A DNA stretch of 63,342 nucleotides, filler included, from Octopus bimaculoides (lineage: Eukaryota), in the NCBI RefSeq assembly GCF_001194135.2. It is 5 parts of 5 records of this genome, joined end to end, with 100 filler letters (N's around TTAATTAATTAA, not from the genome) between each part and the next. Parts side by side here need not be neighbours in the genome. Positions count along the whole stretch, not along the records: positions 1 to 17,808 come from NC_069002.1; 4 more parts are not named here. One strand, 5' to 3'. The notes beneath the pieces are model-generated. The model saw only the letters and a list, made by a program, of their open reading frames with translations, did not search any database and had not been told where the DNA came from. This document shows positions 1-13,362 of the stretch, one piece after another. The translations under genes and the position numbers were made by a program. Each line of letters opens with the position of its first letter. Position 1 is the stretch's first letter.

Positions 1-40
<40 letters not shown>

Positions 41-1229
41 GATGGATGGATGTGTGTGTGAGTTTGTGTTCCTGTATGTCCTCCACCGTCACTTGACAAC
101 CAATGTTGGTGTATTTGCACCCTCGTAACCTGTCATTTTGGCAAAGAGCCCGATAAAATAAGCACCAGGCTTAAAAATTATAAGTGCTTGAGTCGACTCA
201 TTCGTCTCATGCGACCGTAATTCTTGGAGCCAGTGCACCGGCATGACTGCACTCTAATGAGTAGAACAGGTACATGATATAATAGAAAGGATCTACGTAA
301 TGGAGTGTCGTATGCATTTTACTAGAATTTTCTTTATTTTTTGTATACCAGTCAATTGAGAATTTGAGCTGCAGCGACCGTTGTGACTGCATTGTGATTG
401 ACTGCTTTCAAAGTTATGACAAAAACGATTATTTGGAATATGGAATTTGTGGGCCAGCCAAACGTGGGTATCGTCTTCTGGTTATTTTGGAGCAGTCAAA
501 TGCACATCAAATGTCTAGGCAGATGTCTAGCAATCTAAAAAGAGTTAAGTAGTTTACATTGGTTATGAGGTATATTGTCAAGTACTAGTAGAGTGAAAGG
601 CAAATTAGTGCCCCTCGAGCGGAACGTAAGAAAGTAGATCAACTAGATTAAATACCACACACGGAGAAATGTCAGACTATCTCAAGACCCAGAGTATCCA
701 CGAATTAAACCCCCTGGAATAATAAGTGATATGAGCTCTTGTTGTCTAACCTCAATTCAATCCAGGGTTACTAGATCAATGAATGAACAATTTGCGACCA
801 TCTTTTTCAACCCAGTTTTAATTTGAAATAATAAAATGTATCAAAAGCAACAATATTCTCTTCTTATGAGACGTTAAGCAGTGGTTTGAGTACCATCGGA
901 GTGAACTACTTTTAGCAAGCCAATCGTTTTCTTGAAAACCCTGAGTTGCGATGCTCCAGCAAAACCACAGTCCAATTAATGAAACCAATAAATTTATAAA
1001 TGAATATATCCTACTTAAATGAGAAAGCTTTCAGAAAAATGTTCGGAACTAGGCTAAATATGCTTTTACAAAATCAATTCCATTACATTATCTCTGATTG
1101 AATAATAACATTTAGATTATATATCGCATGGCTTGGGCTGTCATTAGAATTGTCTTGGAGAATGGATTATATATAGTTCTTCTTTTAATGTTCCTTCTTA
1201 ACAGACACGTGAGTGTAACGGCTGAAACT

Positions 1230-1286
1230 ATAGTAGTAGTATTAGTAGTAGTTGTATTATTATTATTAGTAGTAGTAGTTGTAGTC

Positions 1287-1344
<58 letters not shown>

Positions 1345-1361
1345 TGGCAGCAGCAGCAGCA
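1230..1361. repeat. (GTA)n/(GCA)n microsatellite
   Basis: Direct reading; explains the poly-Val and poly-Thr ORFs. Confidence 0.95.
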
Positions 1362-1632
1362 GTCACCGAGGAAATGTTTCTATCGATACTAGTTGTTGAG
1401 AACATACGATCTTTTATATGTACATGCATGTATAAATGTATGCACTTATATGTGTGTGTGTGTACGCGTGTATATAGATGTGTTCATTTATATATTTGAT
1501 AGTATATTTTCAAACACATGCGTTTAATTTTTTTTTAGAAATATAATTATCCTAAAAAAATACGTTTCCGTGTGTGCGTGTATGTGTGTAGTGATGTCCA
1601 TAAATGTATCAATATATATAGATATATATATG

Positions 1633-1665
<33 letters not shown>

Positions 1666-2960
1666 NNNNNNNNNNNNNNNNNNNNNNNNNNNNNNNNNNN
1701 NNNNNNNNNNNNNNNNNNNNNNNNNNNNNNNNNNNNNNNNNNNNNNNNNNNNNNNNNNNNNNNNNNNNNNNNNNNNNNNNNNNNNNNNNNNNNNNNNNNN
1801 NNNNNNNNNNNNNNTATACATATACATATAAATTTAGAAAATATTTTCGAAGAAATTATTGACTCTATTATTATCCAGTGTAACAATTAAATGTGATAAC
1901 AGAATCAATAATATAGGCGCTTTCTGTAGTTATCATCAGATTTTTCGTCGATTTAAATAAGTTTTGAATGTTATCTCCAGCATATTCACATAGTTAGTAT
2001 GTCCTTTGATTAATTTTAATCCTTCAGTTATATATATACATCCAAAACTATTGCACAGAATACGTACACTGGTACATTTTCAAAATGTTAAACGACTAAG
2101 GAAGAAAACCGGAATTTAACGATCCGGAGTATTACAGTGTGATGTCTTACAGTGGGATGGCTCACCCTAAGCAAACCTGGGTGCGCCTTACTGCTTGATG
2201 TGGTTAGGCGGAACCTGAGGTATACCTCAGAGTTCTTACAGTACCTTCCTGGATAAATTATCCCCATATAATCATAATATGAGTGTGTTTATCTATATTC
2301 ATATATAGAAGCAGGTACATGCGGAAGACGAAGAGTGACGAAGTAGAAGCATACAACTTAAAATCTAACATGCTCTGAAATTATATGTCGTTTTACGTTT
2401 GAATGAAGTAGAACGAGGAAAAGTAATGCGCATACCTCATATGTGGATGATTAATGCAAGCAATTACTGCAGCAACGGTAGCAGCAACAATTGCAGCTGT
2501 AACAACCCTTCCTTCATTAAAACGCTTTTAATTTAATAATAGAAAAATCTAGCTATAAATGAGAATTATAACCCTCAACTTTAAAGGGAATATACAAATC
2601 GTTGAAATATGATTAGAAAACTTATTGTAATTAAGTGCACTTATACACACACTCACTCACACACAAACACATTTGTCGTTTGGAATAATGTTTAGTTGGG
2701 TATATAATGCGTAAAGTAATTAAATGTATTTAGAATGTATTGAATGTAAACATATGTATAGGCGTATTCATAATGGAAATTAAAAAAAAGAAATTGTAAA
2801 TACTTGTGTATCGTTTTTCCTATACATACAAGGCAATGGCGTACATACATATATATANNNNNNNNNNNNNNNNNNNNNNNNNNNNNNNNNNNNNNNNNNN
2901 NNNNNNNNNNNNNNNNNNNNNNNNNNNNNNNNNNNNNNNNNNNNNNNNNNNNNNNNNNNN

Positions 2961-2994
<34 letters not shown>

Positions 2995-3634
2995 TTGTTT
3001 GTGTGTGTGTGTGTGTATGTATGTGTGTGTGTGTGTGTGTGCGTGTATATATAAAGAGATACTATTTAATGCAAGACTAGAAAAATTTTGTATGACATAA
3101 TGTATTTAGTAAAAAACAGCTACAATATATGTTTTCCATTATATAACTGTTTCGGTGTATATGAATTAATTAGCCAATTGTTAATGTGTGTTTATAAATA
3201 AATCGATTACAAATTTGTTTTAGAATGTATATAATGTGGTGTGTAAAGAAATATTAATTTGTGTACGTAATATATTGAATAACGACAATAGAAATATATT
3301 TATAAAATGTTTTGTATAATGATTTTATGTTAGACAACAAACACACACACATAGCCATGCGCACAAACACACACACACACACTTCCGCATATATCTAACT
3401 ATTAATCAATTTTACAAGTATCTCATCATGTTGCATTTATACATGGGCTTACGTTTGTGTGTACGCCATGTTTATCCATGCTTTCCTTCAACCGTAGTTA
3501 ACGGTGATATATTTGTTAACACCCACGTGATCGTATATTTACGTACACATACACACTCAGGCAAATGCACGCGTGCACACACAGACATACACAAGCACAC
3601 ATATATATGTATGTGTGCATGCATTTATGTGTGC

Positions 3635-3710
<76 letters not shown>

Positions 3711-6621
3711 TTGTGTATGTGTGTGTGTGTGTTTATTTATTAATGTATAGACACACAACTATATGCACAGGTGTATACTAGCTGGAGGCGGTACCTCAGC
3801 AGGGCTGCCCGTCGCTATCACATGAATGAATAAACTAAAAGATAGTTTATACGTGTGTGTGTGTGTATGCGTGTGTGTGTGTACGTTCGTGCGTCCAAGT
3901 ATGTGTGTATGTAAATGTATGTTTTGACCCCAGTTCTACATTTATATTTACATATGCACTTAAGAGGTGTTGAACTATTAACGTATCGGTGTGTATTTTG
4001 CGATCACACACCGTCAGTAAAAAAAATTTAAAAAAACTAAAAAAACTCGGAAACGCAAAAATCCTACAATTTGCATTGATATAAGTCACATTTCTTTTAA
4101 AATGAAAGTTTTCTAAGCAAACAAAAAATACATAACCGTCGGGTATTGTTTTGTCCTTGCAGTATTTTTTTATATGAAAATTAACAAAAAATATTTTAAT
4201 GCTACTACGTCTGTTGACCTTAGGATGTTTCTATATTCATGGTACATGACAGACGTTCAAGTGTTATTTTCTGCGTGTCAGTTGATGACAGCCTTCCACA
4301 TGACATTCTTTTGCTAAATTTATCAATGGGAAGTTGCTTCGGAATTATGATATCACTCGTACGTGAGAGACGACCCGATCATTTAAGGAGTATTTTCATA
4401 AGGACGGCTTCAATACCTCATATGCATTTTGTTAGCATTTCACTGTTACGAATATGATCATTTGGTTTTATGTCGGAGATCGTACCCAAGCATCACCTAT
4501 GAAAAGCGTGAAGCTGGTTAATGAGCTTTCGGTACAGGGTATATATTTAAAGCAATGTTGTCAAAATCGCCCAATTGTATACATCGATTTCATATTACAC
4601 GATATATCGTGGTTGCTCGAAAACTAATGGTAAAAGCTTTTGAACTTGAACGCTTCGCATCTAATTCCTAATTCTAAGATGGATTGGTTTCCTCAAACAT
4701 CACAGACTTAAAGAAGCAACACAAACAGCGACAACTACAACAACAACATCAACAAGAAAAATGTTATATTGATTGACTAAACTTTTCCACATTTGAAAGT
4801 GCAAAATAGTATAGAATATCCGAAAAACTTTCAAATTGATTTAACTGTTTGTTGAAGAACAGTGTGGAAAGTTGTGACTGAGTGTGCGCACGTCTATCTG
4901 TGGGAGAAAGAAAGTAAGTGTATTTGAGAGTGGGAGAGAGAGGGAAAGAGAGAGAAGGCGAGAGAGACAGAGCTTGTGTATGCGTACGTAGAACATTCTG
5001 TGCCTTTTATATCTATGCCTGTATGTGTGCTTGCGGTCGGCTGCTTGTGTTTGCGAGAAACCGTATATACTTCTCTTTAAATTTACAGAAAGAACTAATA
5101 AAATTCCTTATTATATATATATATATATATATATAAATCTACGGCAATGTTATAAACAAATTTTAATGTAAAAAGAAACTAATCTAAAAACAAAATTAAT
5201 AACATTCAGCGATATGTGCGTACACACCCACACACACACACACACACACACATGCATATATATATATATATTATAGTATGTACAGTGATGTGTATANNNN
5301 NNNNNNNNNNNNNNNNNNNNNNNNNNNNNNNNNNNNNNNNNNNNNNNNNNNNNNNNNNNNNNNNNNNNNNNNNNNNNNNNNNNNNNNNNNNNNNNNNNNN
5401 NNNNNNNNNNNNNNNNNNNNNNNNNNNNNNNNNNNNNNNNNNNNNNNNNNNNNNNNNNNNNNNNNNNNNNNNNNNNNNNNNNNNNNNNNNNNNNNNNNNN
5501 NNNNNNNNNNNNNNNNNNNNNNNNNNNNNNNNNNNNNNNNNNNNNNNNNNNNNNNNNNNNNNNNNNNNNNNNNNNNNNNNNNNNNNNNNNNNNNNNNNNN
5601 NNNNNNNNNNNNNNNNNNNNNNNNNNNNNNNNNNNNNNNNNNNNNNNNNNNNNNNNNNNNNNNNNNNNNNNNNNNNNNNNNNNNNNNNNNNNNNNNNNNN
5701 NNNNNNNNNNNNNNNNNNNNNNNNNNNNNNNNNNNNNNNNNNNNNNNNNTATATATATATATATATATATATACATATATATGTACGTATATATGCATAC
5801 ATATATATATATATATATATATTATGAATTTTGGGGCTTCGTCTAATTGGTTTCTTACATCCAATGAAATATATTACGTTAGATATTTTTTATAGAAATG
5901 CAAGAAATTGAAGATGTCAGTCTGTGTCGATAATTTCATTTCTATAAAATCACTACAGCTGCTACGTCGATGACTATGACTAAGAGACTGACGGATTTGA
6001 GGCTGGTTCACTCGATCACATTCAACATATCTAATATGATTGTTTTCAATATTCCGCATATTGCTGCAGACAACTGTGTCATTGTAAGAATGCTTTACTT
6101 AAAACAAGACAAGGAGATTGTTCAGCAAAGAGGATGTGATATTCTCAAATTTGGTTCCTGTTGATGTAGCTGTTACTGCTGTTGATGGTGCTGTTGAAAT
6201 AATTCATATTTAACCGTAAGTCCAATCGGCACGATTAAGTAATTCTCAGATCAACCGTATTTAAACCAGGTTTATTTCATTTGTGGCCAATAAGCACACG
6301 CACAACACAACACACAGGCACATAGACACACACATACAGGCACGCGCACGCACACACAAACACACACATCATACGCATATAGATGAATGATAGATACAAA
6401 GAAGGATTAGGACGCAATATAACGGAAAACTTAGACAAATTGCGAATAGGCTGCGCATATACTTAGGAAACACAGTGTGTCCAAACCCATTATGTCTATG
6501 GTTTACATGTGGTGTATATAGAGAGAGAAAAGGCGATTTCCAGATTTCCGACGACCCGTTTCATAGTTTGTTGAAGGCAAAGTATTCGATCAGAAAACAA
6601 CATACGTTCGTTTATGCATAA

Positions 6622-6623
<2 letters not shown>

Positions 6624-6680
<57 letters not shown>
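6624..6680. repeat. (CT)n microsatellite, representative of the many (TA)n/(CA)n/(CT)n tracts, most of which border N gaps
   Basis: Direct reading; similar tracts at 1-32, 3638-3705, 27858-27900, 35659-35758 and elsewhere. Confidence 0.95.
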
Positions 6681-9600
6681 NNNNNNNNNNNNNNNNNNNN
6701 NNNNNNNNNNNNNNNNNNNNNNNNNNNNNNNNNNNNNNNNNNNNNNNNNNNNNNNNNNNNNNNNNNNNNNNNNNNNNNNNNNNNNNNNNNNNNNNNNNNN
6801 NNNNNNNNNNNNNNNNNNNNNNNNNNNNNNNNNNNNNNNNNNNNNNNNNNNNNNNNNNNNNNNNNNNNNNNNNNNNNNNNNNNNNNNNNNNNNNNNNNNN
6901 NNNNNNNNNNNNNNNNNNNNNNNNNNNNNNNNNNNNNNNNNNNNNNNNNNNNNNNNNNNNNNNNNNNNNNNNNNNNNNNNNNNNNNNNNNNNNNNNNNNN
7001 NNNNNNNNNNNNNNNNNNNNNNNNNNNNNNNNNNNNNNNNNNNNNNNNNNNNNNNNNNNNNNNNNNNNNNNNNNNNNNNNNNNNNNNNNNNNNNNNNNNN
7101 NNNNNNNNNNNNNNNNNNNNNNNNNNNNNNNNNNNNNNNNNNNNNNNNNNNNNNNNNNNNNNNNNNNNNNNNNNNNNNNNNNTATATACACAAACATATA
7201 CATATATATATATATATGTACATACTTTTATATATATGTATGTATGTATATATGTATGTATGTATATATATATATATATATATATACACATTATATTTAA
7301 ATGTACGTATGTATATATGCACATGTATTTGTGTACGCAGGTGCGTTATATGGAACCACTTTATGCTCCGTTGTTGTTTTTACAAAATGACAACCGTCAC
7401 TTATGGACATGACATTAATGGCGCCGCTATTACTTTTATATTACGACATTAACGACAAAATCTGTCCCACTGCATCAGTTTGCTCCAAATTCTTGTAGGT
7501 AATGTGTCTTTTATTCCTATCATTTATTTATGTTTTCATTTTATAACCAACTCTTACTTTTCTAACCAAAATTTCATGTCCTTTGTTTTCTAGGAATGAT
7601 GGGAGTATAATCTTTTCGGCCATTTTACATATCTCATTTAAGCGCAATTAAATTCACGTAGATTTCTTTTTGTTGTATTTTATTAATTTTGTTCCCTTCT
7701 TGTTTACTTCTTTTGTTTATTGCCTTTTCTCTTGTTTGTTTTGATGTCGGCGTGTGTTTGTGTCCATGCGTATGCCTGTGTGAGTGAGTCTTTGTATTCG
7801 TGTTTCTATGCATGGTTGCTAGAGTAATATAACTGACCGTTTTACTTATCGCTGTTTTCGATTCTATCAGCTACTACCCTTCCCTCAAAATGTTTGGCTT
7901 TAAACTTAAACCTCCAACAATTAATTTCATTTCCTCTTTCGGCGAATTTTTGTCTTGTTCTCATTATTGAAAATTATGTATTACAATGCTTGCGAATGTA
8001 AGCTATGAAATACGCTGTAAATATGTTTCAATCCATCTATTGCCCCTCGGACTAATTCATCTCTTCCACGCCAGACTTTACGACCGCACGATGATGTAAA
8101 AATACCCGGACTCGATTTTTGTCGCGTTGGTTTTTCGGTAAATGAAGTATTCCATCTGCACACGGCTCGAGCATAGATCACAGCAAAAGTTCCCTATATT
8201 AAACTGGTTGATCATAGCCTATGGCATTTAGCTTTGTGTAGAGATATTCACCATTGATTCAATGAGATTCTTTTGACGAAATATTTCATATATCTCCTCT
8301 TACATCCCATGAGTGCAACGTACCCTAGTTCGGATGGTTACATTATATTTAATCCAAAATTGAGACACTCACAAATGGTACTGCTTGAGGGTAGACATCT
8401 GGGAGTAACAGCGGATGTGTGGTCGCCGACACTTTCAATACACTGTAACACCCGAACAGTTAAATGTCATACTCAGGACCATATCTATTGTCCTGAATAG
8501 ATATTAAAAAATTGCACACTGGTTTTAGTAGACGTAAACACGTTTTTCAAAAATGTGTAATTCCTACTGTCTACATGAAACACAATAATTTAATTAGTGT
8601 TAATATATTTATTACAGAAGTAAGACAAAGAAGAAAAATAATAGAAAAAGAAAAAAAGAAACCCAAATGAAAATAACCCAATGATTAATTTTAGTTTCAT
8701 GTTTATTTCAACTAAAGTAATATTTTAGCCGCGTCAAAAACGTGATGTACTTCGTAACTAAATTAACAGATTATTGCGCTATGAAGTTTGGTTAGCGAAA
8801 TAGAAGAGTAACAGTAACTTTATGAACACTATCATCTATATGTATATATATTAATATATANNNNNNNNNNNNNNNNNNNNNNNNNNNNNNNNNNNNNNNN
8901 NNNNNNNNNNNNNNNNNNNNNNNNNNNNNNNNNNNNNNNNNNNNNNNNNNNNNNNNNNNNNNNNNNNNNNNNNNNNNNNNNNNNNNNNNNNNNNNNNNNN
9001 NNNNNNNNNNNNNNNNNNNNNNNNNNNNNNNNNNNNNNNNNNNNNNNNNNNNNNNNNNNNNNNNNNNNNNNNNNNNNNNNNNNNNNNNNNNNNNNNNNNN
9101 NNNNNNNNNNNNNNNNNNNNNNNNNNNNNNNNNNNNNNNNNNNNNNNNNNNNNNNNNNNNNNNNNNNNNNNNNNNNNNNNNNNNNNNNNNNNNNNNNNNN
9201 NNNNNNNNNNNNNNNNNNNNNNNNNNNNNNNNNNNNNNNNNNNNNNNNNNNNNNNNNNNNNNNNNNNNNNNNNNNNNNNNNNNNNNNNNNNNNNNNNNNN
9301 NNNNNNNNNNNNNNNNNNNNNNNNNNNNNNNNNNNNNNNNNNNNNNNNNNNNNNNNNNNNNNNNNNNNNNNNNNNNNNNNNNNNNNNNNNNNNNNNNNNN
9401 NNNNNNNNNNNNNNNNNNNNNNNNNNNNNNNNNNNNNNNNNNNNNNNNNNNNNNNNNNNNNNNNNNNNNNNNNNNNNNNNNNNNNNNNNNNNNNNATATA
9501 TATATATATATATATATATATATAACTGTGTGTGTTTGTGCATGTCCCCCCACCATCGCTTGACAACCGATGTTCGTGTGTTTATGTCCTCGTAATCTCG

Positions 9601-11210
9601 CAGTTCGTCGAAAGAGACCGAAAGTATAAGTACTAGGCTTACAAAGAATAAGATCTGGGGTCGATTTGTTCAACTAAGTCGGTGCTCCAGCAGGGTCGCA
9701 TTCAAATGACTGAAACAAATAAAAGATTGACGAAACTGTTTCAAAGAGAGACAGAGACGGAAACACGTGAAGAAAGAAAGGATAGGAAACAGCAGTATGT
9801 TACGGGTGTTTCAGCGATTAACAAAAACGCAAAGCTACATGTATGCAGAATGGATTGGAACTCAGTGAGCCATTACTTGTGCAGCAAAGTCTTTTGTTAT
9901 CAAACGATCTAACGACTCTGCCATTTCTTTTCTTTTGCATTGGGTGGATATATTTAATATAAAAGAAAAAAATAAATTGTTTAAGTAAAGAATAAATCAG
10001 AATATAAGACATACAACCCACTTGACACACAGTAGTTGCTTTAATGTAAATGACTATGCTTCAAGTCAAGAGAGACACATTATTAATAGGAAAGCATGGT
10101 ATTTGATGGTCGGGACTTGACAAGGTCACGTTTCAGACAGGACCACGAGGTAGGTTTCAATATATTTGCTACATCTCTATTTACTTCTGGTTCTGTTTTC
10201 AACTTAACACAAACTCCATGAACTTTACAACCCTCTTTGTCATTAATCTCATCAAAGATTTTGCTTTTTTATTTAGCCACGGGCCAACACTGACTGAGGA
10301 GAGTAATCGCCAAATGTATTCCAGGTAGGTGAGAATATCATGATATATAGATNNNNNNNNNNNNNNNNNNNNNNNNNNNNNNNNNNNNNNNNNNNNNNNN
10401 NNNNNNNNNNNNNNNNNNNNNNNNNNNNNNNNNNNNNNNNNNNNNNNNNNNNNNNNNNNNNNNNNNNNNNNNNNNNNNNNNNNNNNNNNNNNNNNNNNNN
10501 NNNNNNNNNNNNNNNNNNNNNNNNNNNNNNNNNNNNNNNNNNNNNNNNNNNNNNNNNNNNNNNNNNNNNNNNNNNNNNNNNNNNNNNNNNNNNNNNNNNN
10601 NNNNNNNNNNNNNNNNNNNNNNNNNNNNNNNNNNNNNNNNNNNNNNNNNNNNNNNNNNNNNNNNNNNNNNNNNNNNNNNNNNNNNNNNNNNNNNNNNNNN
10701 NNNNNNNNNNNNNNNNNNNNNNNNNNNNNNNNNNNNNNNNNNNNNNNNNNNNNNNNNNNNNNNNNNNNNNNNNNNNNNNNNNNNNNNNNNNNNNNNNNNN
10801 NNNNNNNNNNNNNNNNNNNNNNNNNNNNNNNNNNNNNNNNNNNNNNNNNNNNNNNNNNNNNNNNNNNNNNNNNNNNNNNNNNNNNNNNNNNNNNNNNNNN
10901 NNNNNNNNNNNNNNNNNNNNNNNNNNNNNNNNNNNNNNNNNNNNNNNNNNNNNNNNNNNNNNNNNNNNNNNNNNNNNNNNNNNNNNNNNNNNNNNNNNNN
11001 NNNNNNNNNNNNNNNNNNNNNNNNNNNNNNNNNNNNNNNNNNNNNNNNNNNNNNNNNNNNNNNNNNNNNNNNNNNNNNNNNNNNNNNNNNNNNNNNNNNN
11101 NNNNNNNNNNNNNNNNNNNNNNNNNNNNNNNNNNNNNNNNNNNNNNNNNNNNNNNNNNNNNNNNNNNNNNNNNNNNNNNNNNNNNNNNNNNNNNNNNNNN
11201 NNNNNNNNNN

Positions 11211-11243
<33 letters not shown>

Positions 11244-13315
11244 TTTAACCAACGGTATGTTGAAATTGTCACCATCTCCTAAGAAGAAAGGGACATAACT
11301 TTAAGCAAAACAATAAACAAAAATAAAATAATAATTCTTCAAATTTGAGAAGCCATGAAAGCAGAAAAAAGGAAAAAAATAGTACGAAACAATGGTCTGA
11401 GATGATCTGGTAACAAGAGGATTTCTCTAGAAAACAAAGCAGAATATTCTGTATTGACACCAACGAAAAATATCGTGTGATTCGTAATTTAAATAGCGCA
11501 TGATAAATAGTAGAGCAGATATTGATGTGGTCTCCGGATATGATTGCGTATCTTCCATAACATATTCTGACAGATTATATACCTTGGGGAAGGACACCAT
11601 ATTTGCATTTGTATGAACTGATAAGGTCTATGTTATATCAATGTGTTATGAAGTAATCACTTGATAATTAGTCAGAATATCGCGATAGATATTTGCATTT
11701 CTAATCATAAAGTTGACTAGATCATCTTCGAATCCCCATTTCAAATAAGTTTTAAGGGAATAACTTTAGAATTTCAATATGAATAAGAACGTCAGTAAAT
11801 CTTGAATGTTCAATGTGAGTAGTAGTATTGGTTTCAAATTATGTTACAATGCCAGCAATTGATTGGATGGGTTTTAGTCGATTACATCGTTCTCAGTATG
11901 CAACTGGTACTTGATTTATCGGCCTCGAAAGAATCAAAGTCAAAGTTAGCGTCAACAGAATTTTCTCTCAGAATTTACACACAGACGCAATGATGCTAAA
12001 TATTCTAGTCAACGTGGTAAAGATACTTCCAGGTCCCGCTTTATGTATACAATAATATTACCATATCATTTAAAGCGAAGAGCTAGAAGATTCTGTACGG
12101 TGTCGGAGACAATGTTTAGTAACCTGTCTTCCGATGTTACTTTCTGATTTCAAATGCTGCCTAGGTTGACATTGTATTTTACTATTTTGGGATCGATAAA
12201 GTAAGTACAAGTTGTGCACTGGCATCTATGTAATGGATTTACCTGACCCACGAAATTACTGGCCTTACGCCAAACAGAAACTAATATTTCATTTATTTTT
12301 TTGGAAACATATTTAGGCTTCATGCACTAATCCTCTTTAGTGATTCATATTCACAGAATTAAAGTGTTTCCTTAATGAAGGTAGGATTAAATTTTGAACA
12401 TCTAAAGAAAAGTTTGAAAACCTTTCTCACATTGCACCACAGTACAATTTCTCTTACTCAATTTTGGAAGTGTATTAATTCTTATCTTCGATAACGTAAA
12501 AATATTACTTGCCAATAATTCCGTTAAAGCACACAATTTTCGCTAGGCATTTGCTTATTTGCCACATACAATATATTTCGTGGCACATTTATATTTTATG
12601 TACCTTCAAACGATTTTCACTTCACACAAAGAAATCCCTACTATTTATGTTTTGGACTTCAAACACCCAAAAGACCTCCATAAAAAATAAGAATAAAAAA
12701 TATATAAACATAATAAATAAATTAAATGAAAGTTATGCTCTCCAAGAAAACTTTGCCTAGGCCTTCAAAGTTGAACGCATGTTTTTTTTTTTAAGCTCAT
12801 TAATGCATTAGGGGATTAATATTAATCAAAACCGATCCCCTTTCTATATCACGATCTGCTGATGTAGTGTATTAGTGCATTTTTAACGAGATTATATTTC
12901 CCCTGCCAGAAAACCATAAAAAGACATGATTTTACTTAGATTCTGAATTGGATATTCATCTCACGGGGATCCCTATTTTGTTTTCCCAGCATAAAAAATA
13001 AATAAAATATAATAAAGTTATATATTTCTTGCCTTGGCACGGCTAAGTAATGAAGATTATGTATTTTGAATTAATCCCAGTAGACGGGACGAAGATGAAA
13101 ATCATATTATATACTACATACTCTACACTATTATTTGGAGTTTATGGTGATATATATATATATATANNNNNNNNNNNNNNNNNNNNNNNNNNNNNNNNNN
13201 NNNNNNNNNNNNNNNNNNNNNNNNNNNNNNNNNNNNNNNNNNNNNNNNNNNNNNNNNNNNNNNNNNNNNNNNNNNNNNNNNNNNNNNNNNNNNNNNNNNN
13301 NNNNNNNNNNNNNNN

Positions 13316-13362
<47 letters not shown>

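Noticed and set aside
2216-2231. 16-bp palindrome ctgaggtatacctcag
   Set aside because: Isolated and short, with no associated feature.
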